Part shown: one piece after another, positions 30,363 through 41,576 of the stretch
How positions within the stretch are numbered: position 1 is the stretch's first letter
Layout of the letters: each line of letters begins with the position of its first letter
Source: an uncultured Candidatus Binatia bacterium
Lineage (GTDB): Bacteria; Desulfobacterota; Binatia; UBA9968; JAJDTQ01
DNA: 64,000 nt
Reading direction: 5' to 3'
Assembly (NCBI GenBank): GCA_964291295.2
Contig: OZ219754.1
Span: forward strand, 384,001-448,000
The notes under the pieces: model-generated
What the model was told of the DNA's origin: nothing
The model's input: the letters and a program-made list of their open reading frames with translations, nothing else
The model's database searches: none
Translations under genes and position numbers: made by a program

Positions 30363-32261
30363 TCAGATGAACTCCGGATGGATCTCTATCCGCGCGTTGG
30401 CCTTCAGGTTCTCCACCAGCCGTCTCAACGCCCGTTGCCGTTTCTCATCGCGCAGTTGCTGCGTCAGGTCCTCCTTCTCCTTGTCCAGATTGTCCAGATC
30501 CGCCTCGACGGTCTTCCTCAGCGCCATGACGTAGACCGCGTCGTTCTGGAGGTAGGCGGTCTCCACCACCGGCTTCCGCTCGGACACCGTGAGCCGTCCC
30601 AGGGGCAGCGGAAGGATGCCTATCTCGGGAATCTCCGTCCGAGCGCGCGGGAACAGGCCGGTGTCCTCCACCTGGAGCCCGTGGGCCGCCGCCACCTTTG
30701 CCAGATCCCGCTCCGCCTTGAGTTCCGCCAGCAGCGCGTCTCCCTTCTCCTGCGCCCGCTCCCGCGCCTTCCTCCGGACCAGAGTCTCCCGAATCCTCTC
30801 CTTCACCTCTTCCAACGGCGGAACCACGGGTTCGATGCGCTGGACCACGTCCATCAGATAGAGCGCGTCGGGCGCCAGGATGACGGGACCCGCCGCACCG
30901 GGCTTGAGCGACAGGGCCGCGCGGTAAAAATCCTCCACGCCGCCAATCTCGTCCAGCGTCTCGCCCTCGCTGAAAAGGGCCGTCTCCGACAACGCGATCC
31001 CCCGCTTCAAAGCCACGTCCGCCAACGGCACACCGTCCAGGATCCTTTCGCGGTCTTCTTCCGCCGCCCGTGCCGCCGCAGAGGCGCCGCGCTCACTCCT
31101 GAGGGTCTCGACGATCTGTTCCCTCACTTCCTCAAGCGCCATCACCTCGTCCGCCCGCTTCTCCACCGCTTTCAAAAGGTACACACCGGACGCGCTTTCG
31201 ACCACCTCGCTCACCTCGCCCTCCTCCAGCGCGAAGAGAGCCGTGTCCAGCTCCGACATCAGTTGGCCCCGGCCCACGAAGCCCATGTCGCCGCCCTGGG
31301 CGGCGCTGGCGTCCCCGGAGTGCTGCCTGGCCAGTTCGGCGAAGTCCGCCCCCGCACGGACGTCCCGAAGGATCGCTTCCAGCTGCCCGCGCGCCGCCTC
31401 CTTGTCCTCCGACGTGGTTCCTTCCGGCACCGGGATATGGATCTGGCTGAACTTCACCGCCTCCTGCCGGCGGAACCGGCGGTCACTGTAGACGTCGTAG
31501 TAGGACCGGACATCCTCGTCCGAAACCTCGACGCCGGAGGAGAAGTCCTCCACGCGATACGCCATGTACCGTGCCTTGGCCTTGAGGGGTTCCCGCAGGA
31601 GCGCGCCGTTGCCGTCGTAATAGGTCTTGATCTCTTCGTCGGAAACCTCGACGCCCTCGACGAAATCATCGGTCTTGAGCCTGACGAAATCCAGCGCGAT
31701 CTCCTCCTTGTCCACACGGTAGCGTTCTTCGACCTCGGCAGCCGTAACCGGAATGGAGTGTTGGACAATATCCTGGAGCTTCTGGATGGTCAGGGACTCG
31801 CGCTGCCGGGCCTCGAACTCTTCGGGCGTCAATCCCTGTACCCGGAGTGTGTACTCGTAGACGTTCTTGTCGAATCGGCCTCCGGACTGGAACGCCGGGT
31901 TGCGCGCAATCCCCTCCGCCAGCTCCTCGTCGGTCACCTGCAGGCCCAGTTCGTGGGCCGCCTGCAGCAACAGCCGCTGCTGGATCAGATCCTCCAGCAG
32001 TTGGCCCCTGAGATTGAGCGCCTCGATCTCGGCGGGCGAGAGCCTTCCCCCGGACATCTGCCGGTACATCTGAAGCATTCTGTAGTATTGCCGTTCGAGT
32101 TCCGTGTAGGTGATCTTCTGCCCGTTCACTTCGGCGATGGTGACCACCCGATCCTGTCCTCCCTGGGGGCCGACGCCCACCATGACGAAGGCCAGCACGC
32201 CGATGCCGAGCAACAGGAGCACTATCCACGACCGTTTTCTCTTTCGCAGCACGTCAAGCAT
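30363..32261 (-). CDS. ppiD: PpiD-like membrane-anchored periplasmic chaperone (SurA_N + parvulin)
   Basis: N-terminal TM, FQSGGRFD, and parvulin FAELARQHSGD..SAAQGGDMG. 632 aa. Confidence 0.85.
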   Translation of the reverse strand: MLDVLRKRKRSWIVLLLLGIGVLAFVMVGVGPQGGQDRVVTIAEVNGQKITYTELERQYYRMLQMYRQMSGGRLSPAEIEALNLRGQLLEDLIQQRLLLQAAHELGLQVTDEELAEGIARNPAFQSGGRFDKNVYEYTLRVQGLTPEEFEARQRESLTIQKLQDIVQHSIPVTAAEVEERYRVDKEEIALDFVRLKTDDFVEGVEVSDEEIKTYYDGNGALLREPLKAKARYMAYRVEDFSSGVEVSDEDVRSYYDVYSDRRFRRQEAVKFSQIHIPVPEGTTSEDKEAARGQLEAILRDVRAGADFAELARQHSGDASAAQGGDMGFVGRGQLMSELDTALFALEEGEVSEVVESASGVYLLKAVEKRADEVMALEEVREQIVETLRSERGASAAARAAEEDRERILDGVPLADVALKRGIALSETALFSEGETLDEIGGVEDFYRAALSLKPGAAGPVILAPDALYLMDVVQRIEPVVPPLEEVKERIRETLVRRKARERAQEKGDALLAELKAERDLAKVAAAHGLQVEDTGLFPRARTEIPEIGILPLPLGRLTVSERKPVVETAYLQNDAVYVMALRKTVEADLDNLDKEKEDLTQQLRDEKRQRALRRLVENLKANARIEIHPEFI

Positions 32262-32449
32262 GTTCGCAACGCTCCAGAAAAGTTCGCAACACTCCTCGGA
32301 TCAAGGCCGGTGCGCCCGCGGGCCGGCCGGTCAGGCCGGGAACAGGCCCTTGTGACAGGGCTCTCATTATAGGCAGCCCGCGTGCTCAAGGGAAGGGCGG
32401 GGACGGTGGTTCCCTTTGTTGTAGGACGGGTGCGGTTCTGATATCTTGA

Positions 32450-33523
<1,074 letters not shown>

Positions 33524-33538
33524 ACACCGAGTCTATCC

Positions 33539-34522
33539 GTGCCCGCAGCCAGGACAGGAAACACTGCGGATTCACGCAGGTCGTCTGAGCACCTCGCCGA
33601 CCCCCGAGAGCAGGACACTCGATTCGGCAAGGCCCGTCTTCTCACCCTCAACCTGCTGCGCCGGCACCGGATTCCCATCCACGGCCTGCTGGCCCTGGCC
33701 CTGGCCTTCTACGTCGTCACCGTTTCGTCCACCCATTCCGACAAGGGCGAACCCGTCACCCGGCTCCTGTCGCAGGCCATGATACCGCTCAAGAAGTCGC
33801 TCCACGCGGTGGGCGCCGCGGTCCACCACCTGCAGCGCAACTACGTGGACCTGAAGGATCTGTGGAACGAGAACCGGGCCCTCAAGGAACAGATCGCCAC
33901 CCTTGAGGCCGAACGCAACCGGCTCTTCGAAGCCAAGCTCGCGAACGACCGCCTGACCGAACTGCTGGAGATCCGGACACGGATACTGAGGGAATCCGTC
34001 GCCGCCACGGTGATCAGCCACAGTCCGAGCAGCTGGTTCCGCACCGTCACGGTGGACAAGGGAAGTCATGCGGGTATTCATCGCGGCATGGCGGTCATCA
34101 CGCCCCGGGGCGTGGTCGGCAAGGTCGTGTCCGTGGAGGGCGACACCGCCAAGGTCATGTTGCTGACGGACCACATGAGCGGGCTCGACGTCATCACGCA
34201 GCGGACCCGGGTGCGCGGCATCGTCTCCGGATCGGTGGACGGCGGGCCCATCGTGAAGTACATGGGCCGCAACGAGGATGTCCGTCCCGGCGACCGGCTC
34301 ATCACATCGGGGCTCGACGGGACCTTCCCCAAGGGACTTCTGGTGGGCACCATCGTCGACATCGCGGACGACGAGCCCGGACTCTTCCGTCGGGTGAGGG
34401 TCTCGCTGGCCGTGGACCCGCTGGTGATGGAGGAGGTGCTGTTCGTTTCCGACAAACCCAGGCCAGCGGTCTCCTCCGCACCGGAGAGGGGCCGGGAACA
34501 GGCACGGTCGGCGACCCCGTGA
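33539..34522 (+). CDS. mreC: Rod shape-determining protein MreC (start uncertain)
   Basis: TM plus coiled coil, VDKGS, GVVGKV and TSGLDGTFPKG. Follows mreB. Confidence 0.9.
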   Translation: MPAARTGNTADSRRSSEHLADPREQDTRFGKARLLTLNLLRRHRIPIHGLLALALAFYVVTVSSTHSDKGEPVTRLLSQAMIPLKKSLHAVGAAVHHLQRNYVDLKDLWNENRALKEQIATLEAERNRLFEAKLANDRLTELLEIRTRILRESVAATVISHSPSSWFRTVTVDKGSHAGIHRGMAVITPRGVVGKVVSVEGDTAKVMLLTDHMSGLDVITQRTRVRGIVSGSVDGGPIVKYMGRNEDVRPGDRLITSGLDGTFPKGLLVGTIVDIADDEPGLFRRVRVSLAVDPLVMEEVLFVSDKPRPAVSSAPERGREQARSATP

Positions 34523-35043
34523 ACGTGTCGCTGGTCTTTTTCGGCATCGGCCTGGTCTTCGTCCTCCTGCAGGCCACGGTGCTGCACCTGGCGAGCTGGA
34601 CGCCCACCATTCCCGACCTGACCCTGATCCTCTGCGTCTACTGGACCCTCAACCGCCCTCGGGCCGAGGCCGTCTGGGCCACGTTCCTGTTGGGATACGC
34701 CATCGACATCCTGTCGAGTCCCCAACCGGGCGCCAACGCCCTGGCCTTCACCGTGGTCTTCCTGGCGGCATACGCGGTCTTCCGCTACATCTGGACCAGC
34801 GGCGTTCTGATCCACGCCGCCACCGTGTTCCTGGCCGTCTGGCTGAAGGTCGGTACGCTGATCGTCGTTTCGCCGCTGTTCGAGTTGTCCGCGGGCGGTT
34901 GGGTGGTGGTCGCCGAATCCATCTTCCGGGAAGCCTTCTTCTCCGCTTGTATCGCCCCACTGCTGTTCGTACCGCTCCGCTCCATCCAGACCCGCATGGA
35001 CACCGTGGGAAGACCGTCCTTCCTTGCCAATGCCGCCGGTTAG
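34519..35043 (+). CDS. mreD: Rod shape-determining protein MreD
   Basis: Hydrophobic 174 aa with PDLTL and GYAIDILS, between mreC and mrdA. Confidence 0.85.
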   Translation: MNVSLVFFGIGLVFVLLQATVLHLASWTPTIPDLTLILCVYWTLNRPRAEAVWATFLLGYAIDILSSPQPGANALAFTVVFLAAYAVFRYIWTSGVLIHAATVFLAVWLKVGTLIVVSPLFELSAGGWVVVAESIFREAFFSACIAPLLFVPLRSIQTRMDTVGRPSFLANAAG

Positions 35044-36922
35044 GCCCACCTCCCGGACCTGGATCGAGTTTCGCGGCCGGATACGCCTCTTCGGGCTGTT
35101 GATCCTGCTGGTTTTCGCTTTCATCTCCTACCGCCTGTGGACCCTCCAGATCCTGCAGGGCAAGCGTTACACGGTCATGTCCGAACACAACCGGATCCGC
35201 CTGGTGCGCGTTCCCGCGGTTCGCGGCATGGTGTTCGACCGCAAGCATCGGCTGCTGATCGACAGCCGGCCTTCCTTCGACGTGCGCTACGTGCCCGAGG
35301 ACCCGGAGCACCGGGAAACCACCCTGCGGCGACTCGCGCGCATGATCGATGGCGACAGCGCGCGCTTCCTGGAAGCCGTCCGCCACGCCCAAGAGGGCTC
35401 CAGGACGGGCGTCACGCTCGTTCGCGACGTGGATTGGCCGTCCGTGGTGGCGGTGGATGCGCATCGGCTGGAGCTTCCGGGAGTGTACGTGAGCGTCAAG
35501 GCCCGCCGCAGCTATCGGACCAACGGGATGGCCTCCCACCTGTTCGGCTACATGGGGGAGATCAACACCGGGCAGTTGCATCGACTCCGCAGACAGGGCT
35601 ACCGGCGCGGAGACGAAATCGGGCAGGCCGGCCTCGAAAAGAAATGGCAGCAGCATCTGGCCGGGCGCAGCGGAGGGGAAAAGGTGGAGGTCGACGCCAC
35701 GGGCCGAAAGGTCCGCGTGATCGACCGGCACAAGGCGACGCCGGGGCACAACATCGTGCTGACTCTCGACCGGGACACCCAGCGAGCCGCCTACGACGCA
35801 CTGAAGGGGAAGGAGGGCGCCATCGTCGTCCTCGACGTGAATACCGGCGCGGTGCGGGCCATGGTGAGCACTCCCGCCTTCGACCCCAACGCGTTCGCCC
35901 GCGGCATGACGATCGCGGAGTGGCGTCGGATGATGGCCGACGACGAGACCCCGCTGCACAACAGGGCGTTGCAGGGGCATTTCCCGCCCGGCTCGACGTT
36001 CAAGATCGTCACCGCGTTGGCCGCCTTGCAGGAAGGCGTGATCTCACCGGACCAACGGCTGTTCTGCGACGGCACCTACAAGGTGGGCAACCGCGTGCTC
36101 CGGGACTGGAAGCGTGACGGACACGGCCCCATCGCCATGCGCCAAGCCCTGGCGCAGTCGTGCGACGTCTACTTCTACCAGTTGGGGCAGCGGCTCGGCG
36201 TCGACAAGATAGCCGCGTACGCGCGCCGCTTCGGACTCGGCGCACCCACCGGCATCGACCTTGAGGGCGAAAACCCCGGACTGGTTCCCGACCGGGCATG
36301 GAAACGGAAGCGTTACGGGGAGCCGTGGTTTCCCGGAGAGACGCCCTTGGTGGCCATCGGCCAAGGTTACATCGGGGTGACCCCGCTGCAGATGGCCAGC
36401 ATGATGGCCACCTTGGCCAACGGTGGAACGGTGTACCGTCCATGGTTCGTGAAACAGGTCCGGTCCGCGGACGGCACGGTGATGAAAGAATACGGTCCGG
36501 TCCGCACCGGCAGCGTGGCCCTGAAGGAAGCGAACATGGCCATCGTGCGCCGGGCGCTGTTCGAAGTGGTCCATGGAAGGCGCGGCACGGGCAGGCGGGC
36601 GCGCTCGAAGACCGTCGACATCGCGGGAAAGACCGGGACCGCCCAAGTGGTGGAGATGCGCGGCAAGGTCGTCAAGAGCGAGGACCTGCCCTACGAGGTC
36701 CGGGATCACGCGTGGTTCGTGGCCTATGCCCCGGCCGAGGATGCCGAGATAGCGGTGGCGACCCTGGTGGAGCACGGCGGACACGGCGGCGCCACGGCCG
36801 CGCCCATCACCCGAAAGGTCATGGAGGCCTGGTTCGGCAACCAGGGTGAGGATCTGGAGAATCCGGAAGCGCCGGCCGGTGTCACCGGCCGCGCCCCCCC
36901 CCGGCAGGATCATGCAAATTGA
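35024..36922 (+). CDS. mrdA: Penicillin-binding protein 2
   Basis: PGSTFK (SxxK), SCD (SxD) and KTGTAQ (KTG), in the mre operon. Confidence 0.95.
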   Translation: MPMPPVRPTSRTWIEFRGRIRLFGLLILLVFAFISYRLWTLQILQGKRYTVMSEHNRIRLVRVPAVRGMVFDRKHRLLIDSRPSFDVRYVPEDPEHRETTLRRLARMIDGDSARFLEAVRHAQEGSRTGVTLVRDVDWPSVVAVDAHRLELPGVYVSVKARRSYRTNGMASHLFGYMGEINTGQLHRLRRQGYRRGDEIGQAGLEKKWQQHLAGRSGGEKVEVDATGRKVRVIDRHKATPGHNIVLTLDRDTQRAAYDALKGKEGAIVVLDVNTGAVRAMVSTPAFDPNAFARGMTIAEWRRMMADDETPLHNRALQGHFPPGSTFKIVTALAALQEGVISPDQRLFCDGTYKVGNRVLRDWKRDGHGPIAMRQALAQSCDVYFYQLGQRLGVDKIAAYARRFGLGAPTGIDLEGENPGLVPDRAWKRKRYGEPWFPGETPLVAIGQGYIGVTPLQMASMMATLANGGTVYRPWFVKQVRSADGTVMKEYGPVRTGSVALKEANMAIVRRALFEVVHGRRGTGRRARSKTVDIAGKTGTAQVVEMRGKVVKSEDLPYEVRDHAWFVAYAPAEDAEIAVATLVEHGGHGGATAAPITRKVMEAWFGNQGEDLENPEAPAGVTGRAPPRQDHAN

Positions 36923-38030
36923 CCGCCGGCTGGTGGTCAGCTTCGACTGGCCCTTGTTGCTCCTGACCGTGGGGTTGGCCCTGCTGGGCATCTTGACCAT
37001 CTACAGCGCCACGTGCGGCGTCGACGAGGAGTGCCCGCGCCATCTGGCCACCCGGCAGTCCTACTGGCTCGTCATCGGCCTTGTGCTGATGGTGGCGAGC
37101 TTCTCCGTGGACTATCAGTACCTGAACCGCTGGGCGTTCCCGCTCTACATCGCGGTGGTCATCCTCCTGGCCCTGGTACTGGTGGTCGGTGTCACCAGCG
37201 GAGGCTCGCAACGATGGCTGGACATGAAGTTCTTCTCGCTCCAGCCCTCGGAGCTTGCCAAGCTGGTGCTGGTGCTGGTGCTGGCCAAGACGCTGTGCTA
37301 CCACGAGCCCGGATATCCGCTCATCGTCCTGGGGATCCCGCTGATGCTGTGCGCACCGGTGCTTGCCTTGGTGCTGCTGCAGCCGGACCTGGGCACCGCC
37401 GTGCTGCTCTTTCTCATCGCCGTGGCCGTCGTGGTCATGGCCGGACTGCGCCTGCGGTCGCTGTTGTACTCCGGCCTCGCGGTCATCGCCCTGCTGCCGA
37501 CAGCGTGGCAGTTTCTGAAGCCGTACCAGAAGACCCGCATCTGGACCTTCATGAATCCGGAGTCGGACCCCTTGGGCGCCGGCTATCACGTGGTCCAGTC
37601 CAAGATCGCCATCGGTTCGGGCCGTCTCTGGGGCAAGGGCTATCTTCAGGGCAGTCAGAGCCGGCTGGAGTTTCTCCCCGAGCAGCACACGGATTTCATC
37701 TTCGCCGTGTTCGCCGAGGAGTGGGGATTCTCGGGTTGCCTGCTGCTGCTGGCGGCGTACGCGTTGCTGTTCCTGCTCGCGCTCCGGGTCGTCCGGCGCG
37801 CCAAGGACCGCTTCGGCGTGCTGCTGGCCGTCGGCATGACCGCCATCCTGTTCTGGCAGTTCACCATCAACATCGGCATGGTCACGGGCCTCCTGCCGGT
37901 GGTGGGCATTCCGTTGCCGCTCATCAGCTACGGCGGATCCTCGCTGGTGACGACCCTGGTGGCCGTGGGGGTGCTCATCAGCATCAGCATGAGGCGCCAC
38001 ACGCGCCAGCCCGGCACCCCGGCAACATGA
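36912..38030 (+). CDS. rodA: SEDS glycosyltransferase RodA
   Basis: QPSELAK, QPDLGT, GYHVVQSKIAIGSG, PEQHTDFIF and SYGGSS. Confidence 0.95.
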   Translation: MQIDRRLVVSFDWPLLLLTVGLALLGILTIYSATCGVDEECPRHLATRQSYWLVIGLVLMVASFSVDYQYLNRWAFPLYIAVVILLALVLVVGVTSGGSQRWLDMKFFSLQPSELAKLVLVLVLAKTLCYHEPGYPLIVLGIPLMLCAPVLALVLLQPDLGTAVLLFLIAVAVVVMAGLRLRSLLYSGLAVIALLPTAWQFLKPYQKTRIWTFMNPESDPLGAGYHVVQSKIAIGSGRLWGKGYLQGSQSRLEFLPEQHTDFIFAVFAEEWGFSGCLLLLAAYALLFLLALRVVRRAKDRFGVLLAVGMTAILFWQFTINIGMVTGLLPVVGIPLPLISYGGSSLVTTLVAVGVLISISMRRHTRQPGTPAT

Positions 38031-38354
38031 GCGGTCCACCGGTGGGACCGGACCGGGCGGTGTCTGGTTCAAGGACGCTGGAGCAACCGGGTCGAGCATT
38101 TCCCGCATCGCGGAATTCCGGACGAACACCGAACAGGTCATTCCACGTATGCCCGCGGCTTCGCCGAGAGTATTGACGAACTCCCTCCTCGAAGCCGCAC
38201 GGAGAAACGGGCTCACCGTCCTCGAAGAACAGGCTCCGTGCTTCGATCGCGTTGAGAACGATATCTGCGAAAGTGTCGCCGGCCTGCGACTCTGCTATCT
38301 GGCGGCCCTTTTTCGATCTGGAAGGCATGGCGACGTAACGGACGGCATTTCACC

Positions 38355-38720
38355 ATGTCCGGCGCGGTGCACCGGGACGGCCGGTGCGGAACGCCGCTGG
38401 CACCACCGGGCTCATTCACCCATTCCGGCACGATTCCCTGTATCGGCGCGCGCCTCCGGCTTTCGGGTAGCGGTGCGGCCTGGGCCGGGTTTGCGGCGTT
38501 TCTGGCGGCCTCGCCGGCCGCCATGGCACAGACCCGCAATCCCGCCGGCACGGGCACCTTGCCGGCAGCCACCTGTGACGCCGCCTCCTACGCCAACGGC
38601 ATCAGCTGCACGGGCATGAGAGGTGGCCTGACGCTGACCGTCGCGGCGCCGGACGGCGGAACCACGGTTACGGGCGAAGCGCACGGAATCCAGGCCAAGG
38701 ACACCAACCGCGCACCGGGA
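38355..38720 (+). pseudogene. Probable remnant of the N-terminus of a secreted/autotransporter-like protein
   Basis: Signal-like AAFLAASPAAMAQ followed by Thr/Gly-rich YANGISC...LTLTV...TTVTGEAHGIQA, after which the frame degenerates. Boundaries are approximate. Confidence 0.35.
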
Positions 38721-38885
38721 GCGATCCCGGTTCGTCGAACGCGAGGCTTGCGAGCGCAGCGGCCGGTCGCAGGGGCAACCGGGGTCGCGGTCTCGTGGCG
38801 GTCTTCGCCGCTGCGCCAGGCTGAAAAACGTTACGCGATCGGGTACGCGAGCGGAGAGAATGGCCGTCGGGCGAAGCGGATCGTC

Positions 38886-39209
38886 CTAACCCAGGGCCTT
38901 GTCGATCTCGCTCACCAGTCGGGCCTTGGGGGCCGCACCCACGATCTGGCCCGAGAGGCTCCCTTCCTTGAAGATCATCAGGTTCGGAATTCCCCTCACG
39001 CCGTATCGGCCGGGCGTTTCGGGGTTTTCATCAACGTTGATCTTCACCACCTTGAGCCTGCCGTCGTACTCCCGCGCCAGTTCCTCCAGCACCGGAGCAA
39101 TGGACTTGCACGGGCCGCACCAGGGAGCCCAGAAATCCACCAGCACGGGCGTGGACGCGCGAATGACTTCCGCGTCGAACTCGTTGTCCGCTACATGCGA
39201 TATTTCCAT
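38886..39209 (-). CDS. trxA: Thioredoxin
   Basis: VLVDFWAPWCGPCK and GIPNL. Confidence 0.95.
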   Translation of the reverse strand: MEISHVADNEFDAEVIRASTPVLVDFWAPWCGPCKSIAPVLEELAREYDGRLKVVKINVDENPETPGRYGVRGIPNLMIFKEGSLSGQIVGAAPKARLVSEIDKALG

Positions 39210-39232
39210 GGAGAGGTGCCTCCCTTTCCCGT

Positions 39233-40711
39233 CTAGATTTCGGAGAGAAGATTCAACAGGGTCCGCACGCCGAACCCGGTGCCCCCTTTCGGGCACGTGA
39301 CATGACCCTTGGCCGCAAATGCCGGTCCGGCGATGTCGAGATGCGCCCAAGGCGTCTCCCCCACGAATTCCTGCAGGAACAGGGCGGCCGTAATGGCGCC
39401 GGCCGAACCCCCGCCGACATTCCGGATATCCGCGACCTGGCTCTTGATGTCCTCGCGGTACTCGGCCGCCAGCGGCAATCGCCAGAGGCCCTCGCCGGCG
39501 TCGCGGCCGCACTGCGCGAGCTTGCCGGCAAGCTCGTCGTCGTTGCTGAAGAGGCCCGCCAACTCATGACCCAGGGCCACGATGCAAGCGCCCGTGAGGG
39601 TCGCGAGATCGATCATGCAGTGGGGCTTTTCCCTGCTGGCCAGCGCCAGGGCATCGGCGAGGATCAGCCGGCCCTCGGCGTCGGTGTTCACCACCTCGAC
39701 TGTCTTGCCGTTCCGGTAGCGGATCACGTCCCCCGGTTTCTGCGCACCGCCGTCCGGCAGATTGTCGGTGGCCGGCACCAGGCCGAGCACCTCGATGCCG
39801 GGCGCGAGCTCAGGCAGCACGCTCATGACGCCGATAACCACGGCCGCCCCCGCCATGTCCAGTTTCATGGTCTCCATCGACCGTGCCGGCTTGAGGGAAA
39901 GGCCGCCGGAATCGAAAGTGATCCCCTTGCCCAGGAGCACCACCTTCTTCCGCGGCGAGCCTTTGGGCTTGTAACGCATGTGGATGAAGCGCGGCTCCTC
40001 CCGGCTCCCCTGGTTGACCGCCAGCAAGCCCGCCAGCCTCATCTGCTGGATCTTTCTCTTGCCCCACACATCCACCTTCAGGCCGTCGCCACGGCAATGG
40101 GCCACAGCCTGCTCCGACAGGTAACTGGCGGTGGCGGTGGACGGCGGCTCGTTGACCAGATCCCGCGCCAGACACACCGCCGACGCCGACAGCCTGGCCC
40201 GACGCACCGCGCGGGACAGCCCGCCGGGCCTTCCCGACGCGGCCCGTCCGAGAACGAGGGTCCGCAACCCGCCCTGCGGCTTGCCGTTGGAGCGATATTT
40301 GGTGAAGCGGTAGGCGTTGAGCAGAGCTCCCTCGGCGACCGCTGCCACCACCGTTTCCGTCTGTTGATCCGGAGGCAGCATGAAGGTCGCCTCGTCGGCC
40401 CAGACCCGTGCGGCCTCCCTGGCAGCCGTGGCACCGGCCACGCGCCAGGTATGGACCCCCTCGTCTTCATGCCTGCCCAGTCCCACCAGCAGCACATGCC
40501 CGGCCGGCATCGCACCGTCGGTCGCCACCCGCAGCGAGGTTCCCCGTCTGGCGGTGAACCCGCTCCTTTTCACCAACGCGCCGAGCCGGCCCTTGAGCTG
40601 GCGGTCGAGGCGGCGCGCCAGACCGTCGTCGAGGCCCTTGTCGGTAACCGGCACCGCCAGCAGCGCGGTGCGGATCCGGGAAGGGGCGACCTCTTTCAGC
40701 CTGATCTCCAT
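39233..40711 (-). CDS. pepA: Leucyl aminopeptidase (M17)
   Basis: GKGITFDSGG, MKLDMAG, NTDAEGRL, DLATLTGA and HLDIAG. Confidence 0.95.
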   Translation of the reverse strand: MEIRLKEVAPSRIRTALLAVPVTDKGLDDGLARRLDRQLKGRLGALVKRSGFTARRGTSLRVATDGAMPAGHVLLVGLGRHEDEGVHTWRVAGATAAREAARVWADEATFMLPPDQQTETVVAAVAEGALLNAYRFTKYRSNGKPQGGLRTLVLGRAASGRPGGLSRAVRRARLSASAVCLARDLVNEPPSTATASYLSEQAVAHCRGDGLKVDVWGKRKIQQMRLAGLLAVNQGSREEPRFIHMRYKPKGSPRKKVVLLGKGITFDSGGLSLKPARSMETMKLDMAGAAVVIGVMSVLPELAPGIEVLGLVPATDNLPDGGAQKPGDVIRYRNGKTVEVVNTDAEGRLILADALALASREKPHCMIDLATLTGACIVALGHELAGLFSNDDELAGKLAQCGRDAGEGLWRLPLAAEYREDIKSQVADIRNVGGGSAGAITAALFLQEFVGETPWAHLDIAGPAFAAKGHVTCPKGGTGFGVRTLLNLLSEI

Positions 40712-40720
40712 GGACGTCGG

Positions 40721-41338
40721 TCAGGAGCCGCGACCCCGGATGAGGTTCATGAACTCGGCGCGAGTCTTCTCCTGCGTGCGGAAGGCCCCCAACAGGGAAC
40801 TGGTGACCACGGTGGAATTCTGTTTCTGGACGCCGCGCATGCGCATGCACATGTGCTCGGCCTCCATGACCACCGCCGCTCCCAAGGGGTTGATGCGGTC
40901 CATGATGGTGCTGGCGATCTGGTTCGTCAGACGCTCCTGGACCTGCAGCCGGCGGGCGTAGGTGTCCACCAGCCGCGCCAGCTTGGAGATGCCGATGATC
41001 TTCTTGCGCGGGATGTAGGCGACGTGGGCCTTGCCGAGAAAAGGCAGCATGTGATGTTCACAGAGAGAATAAAAGTCGATATCCTTCTCGACGATCATCT
41101 CCTGGTAGTCCTCGGTAAACAGCGCGCCGTTGATGATGGCGTCCGGGTTCTCGCGGTAGCCTCCGGTCAGGAATCTCCAGGCCGCCGTCACCCGCTCCGG
41201 CGTCTTCCTGAGCCCTTCCCGGTCGGGATCCTCTCCGATGGCCGCCAGGACGGCTCTCACATGTGCTTCCAGGGAATCTGTCGGTGGCTCCGTGTCTGGC
41301 GGTGGCTCCGCGTGGTCGGCAAGCCTCTGAAATGGCAT
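40721..41338 (-). CDS. folE: GTP cyclohydrolase I (start approximate)
   Basis: [32 protein letters not shown] and HMCMRMRGV. Confidence 0.95.
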   Translation of the reverse strand: MPFQRLADHAEPPPDTEPPTDSLEAHVRAVLAAIGEDPDREGLRKTPERVTAAWRFLTGGYRENPDAIINGALFTEDYQEMIVEKDIDFYSLCEHHMLPFLGKAHVAYIPRKKIIGISKLARLVDTYARRLQVQERLTNQIASTIMDRINPLGAAVVMEAEHMCMRMRGVQKQNSTVVTSSLLGAFRTQEKTRAEFMNLIRGRGS

Positions 41339-41576
41339 TGAGGCAACGTAACATCTGCCCCGGAACGGGTCAAATCGGCCTCCGCGGCACCGTCCGGGAG
41401 TCATGACCGAACCCCGGGCGGTCTGCCGGCGCGCCTTGCCGGCAACGTGAAATCCTGCGAATATCTGTGGACGAAGCCGGTTGCAGGGCAACTGCGCAGG
41501 GCAACGGTTCAAGACAACGGTTCAGGGCCGCGGTTCAGGGCCGCGGGAATCCGGCCGGCGACGTCCGGATCAAGTC

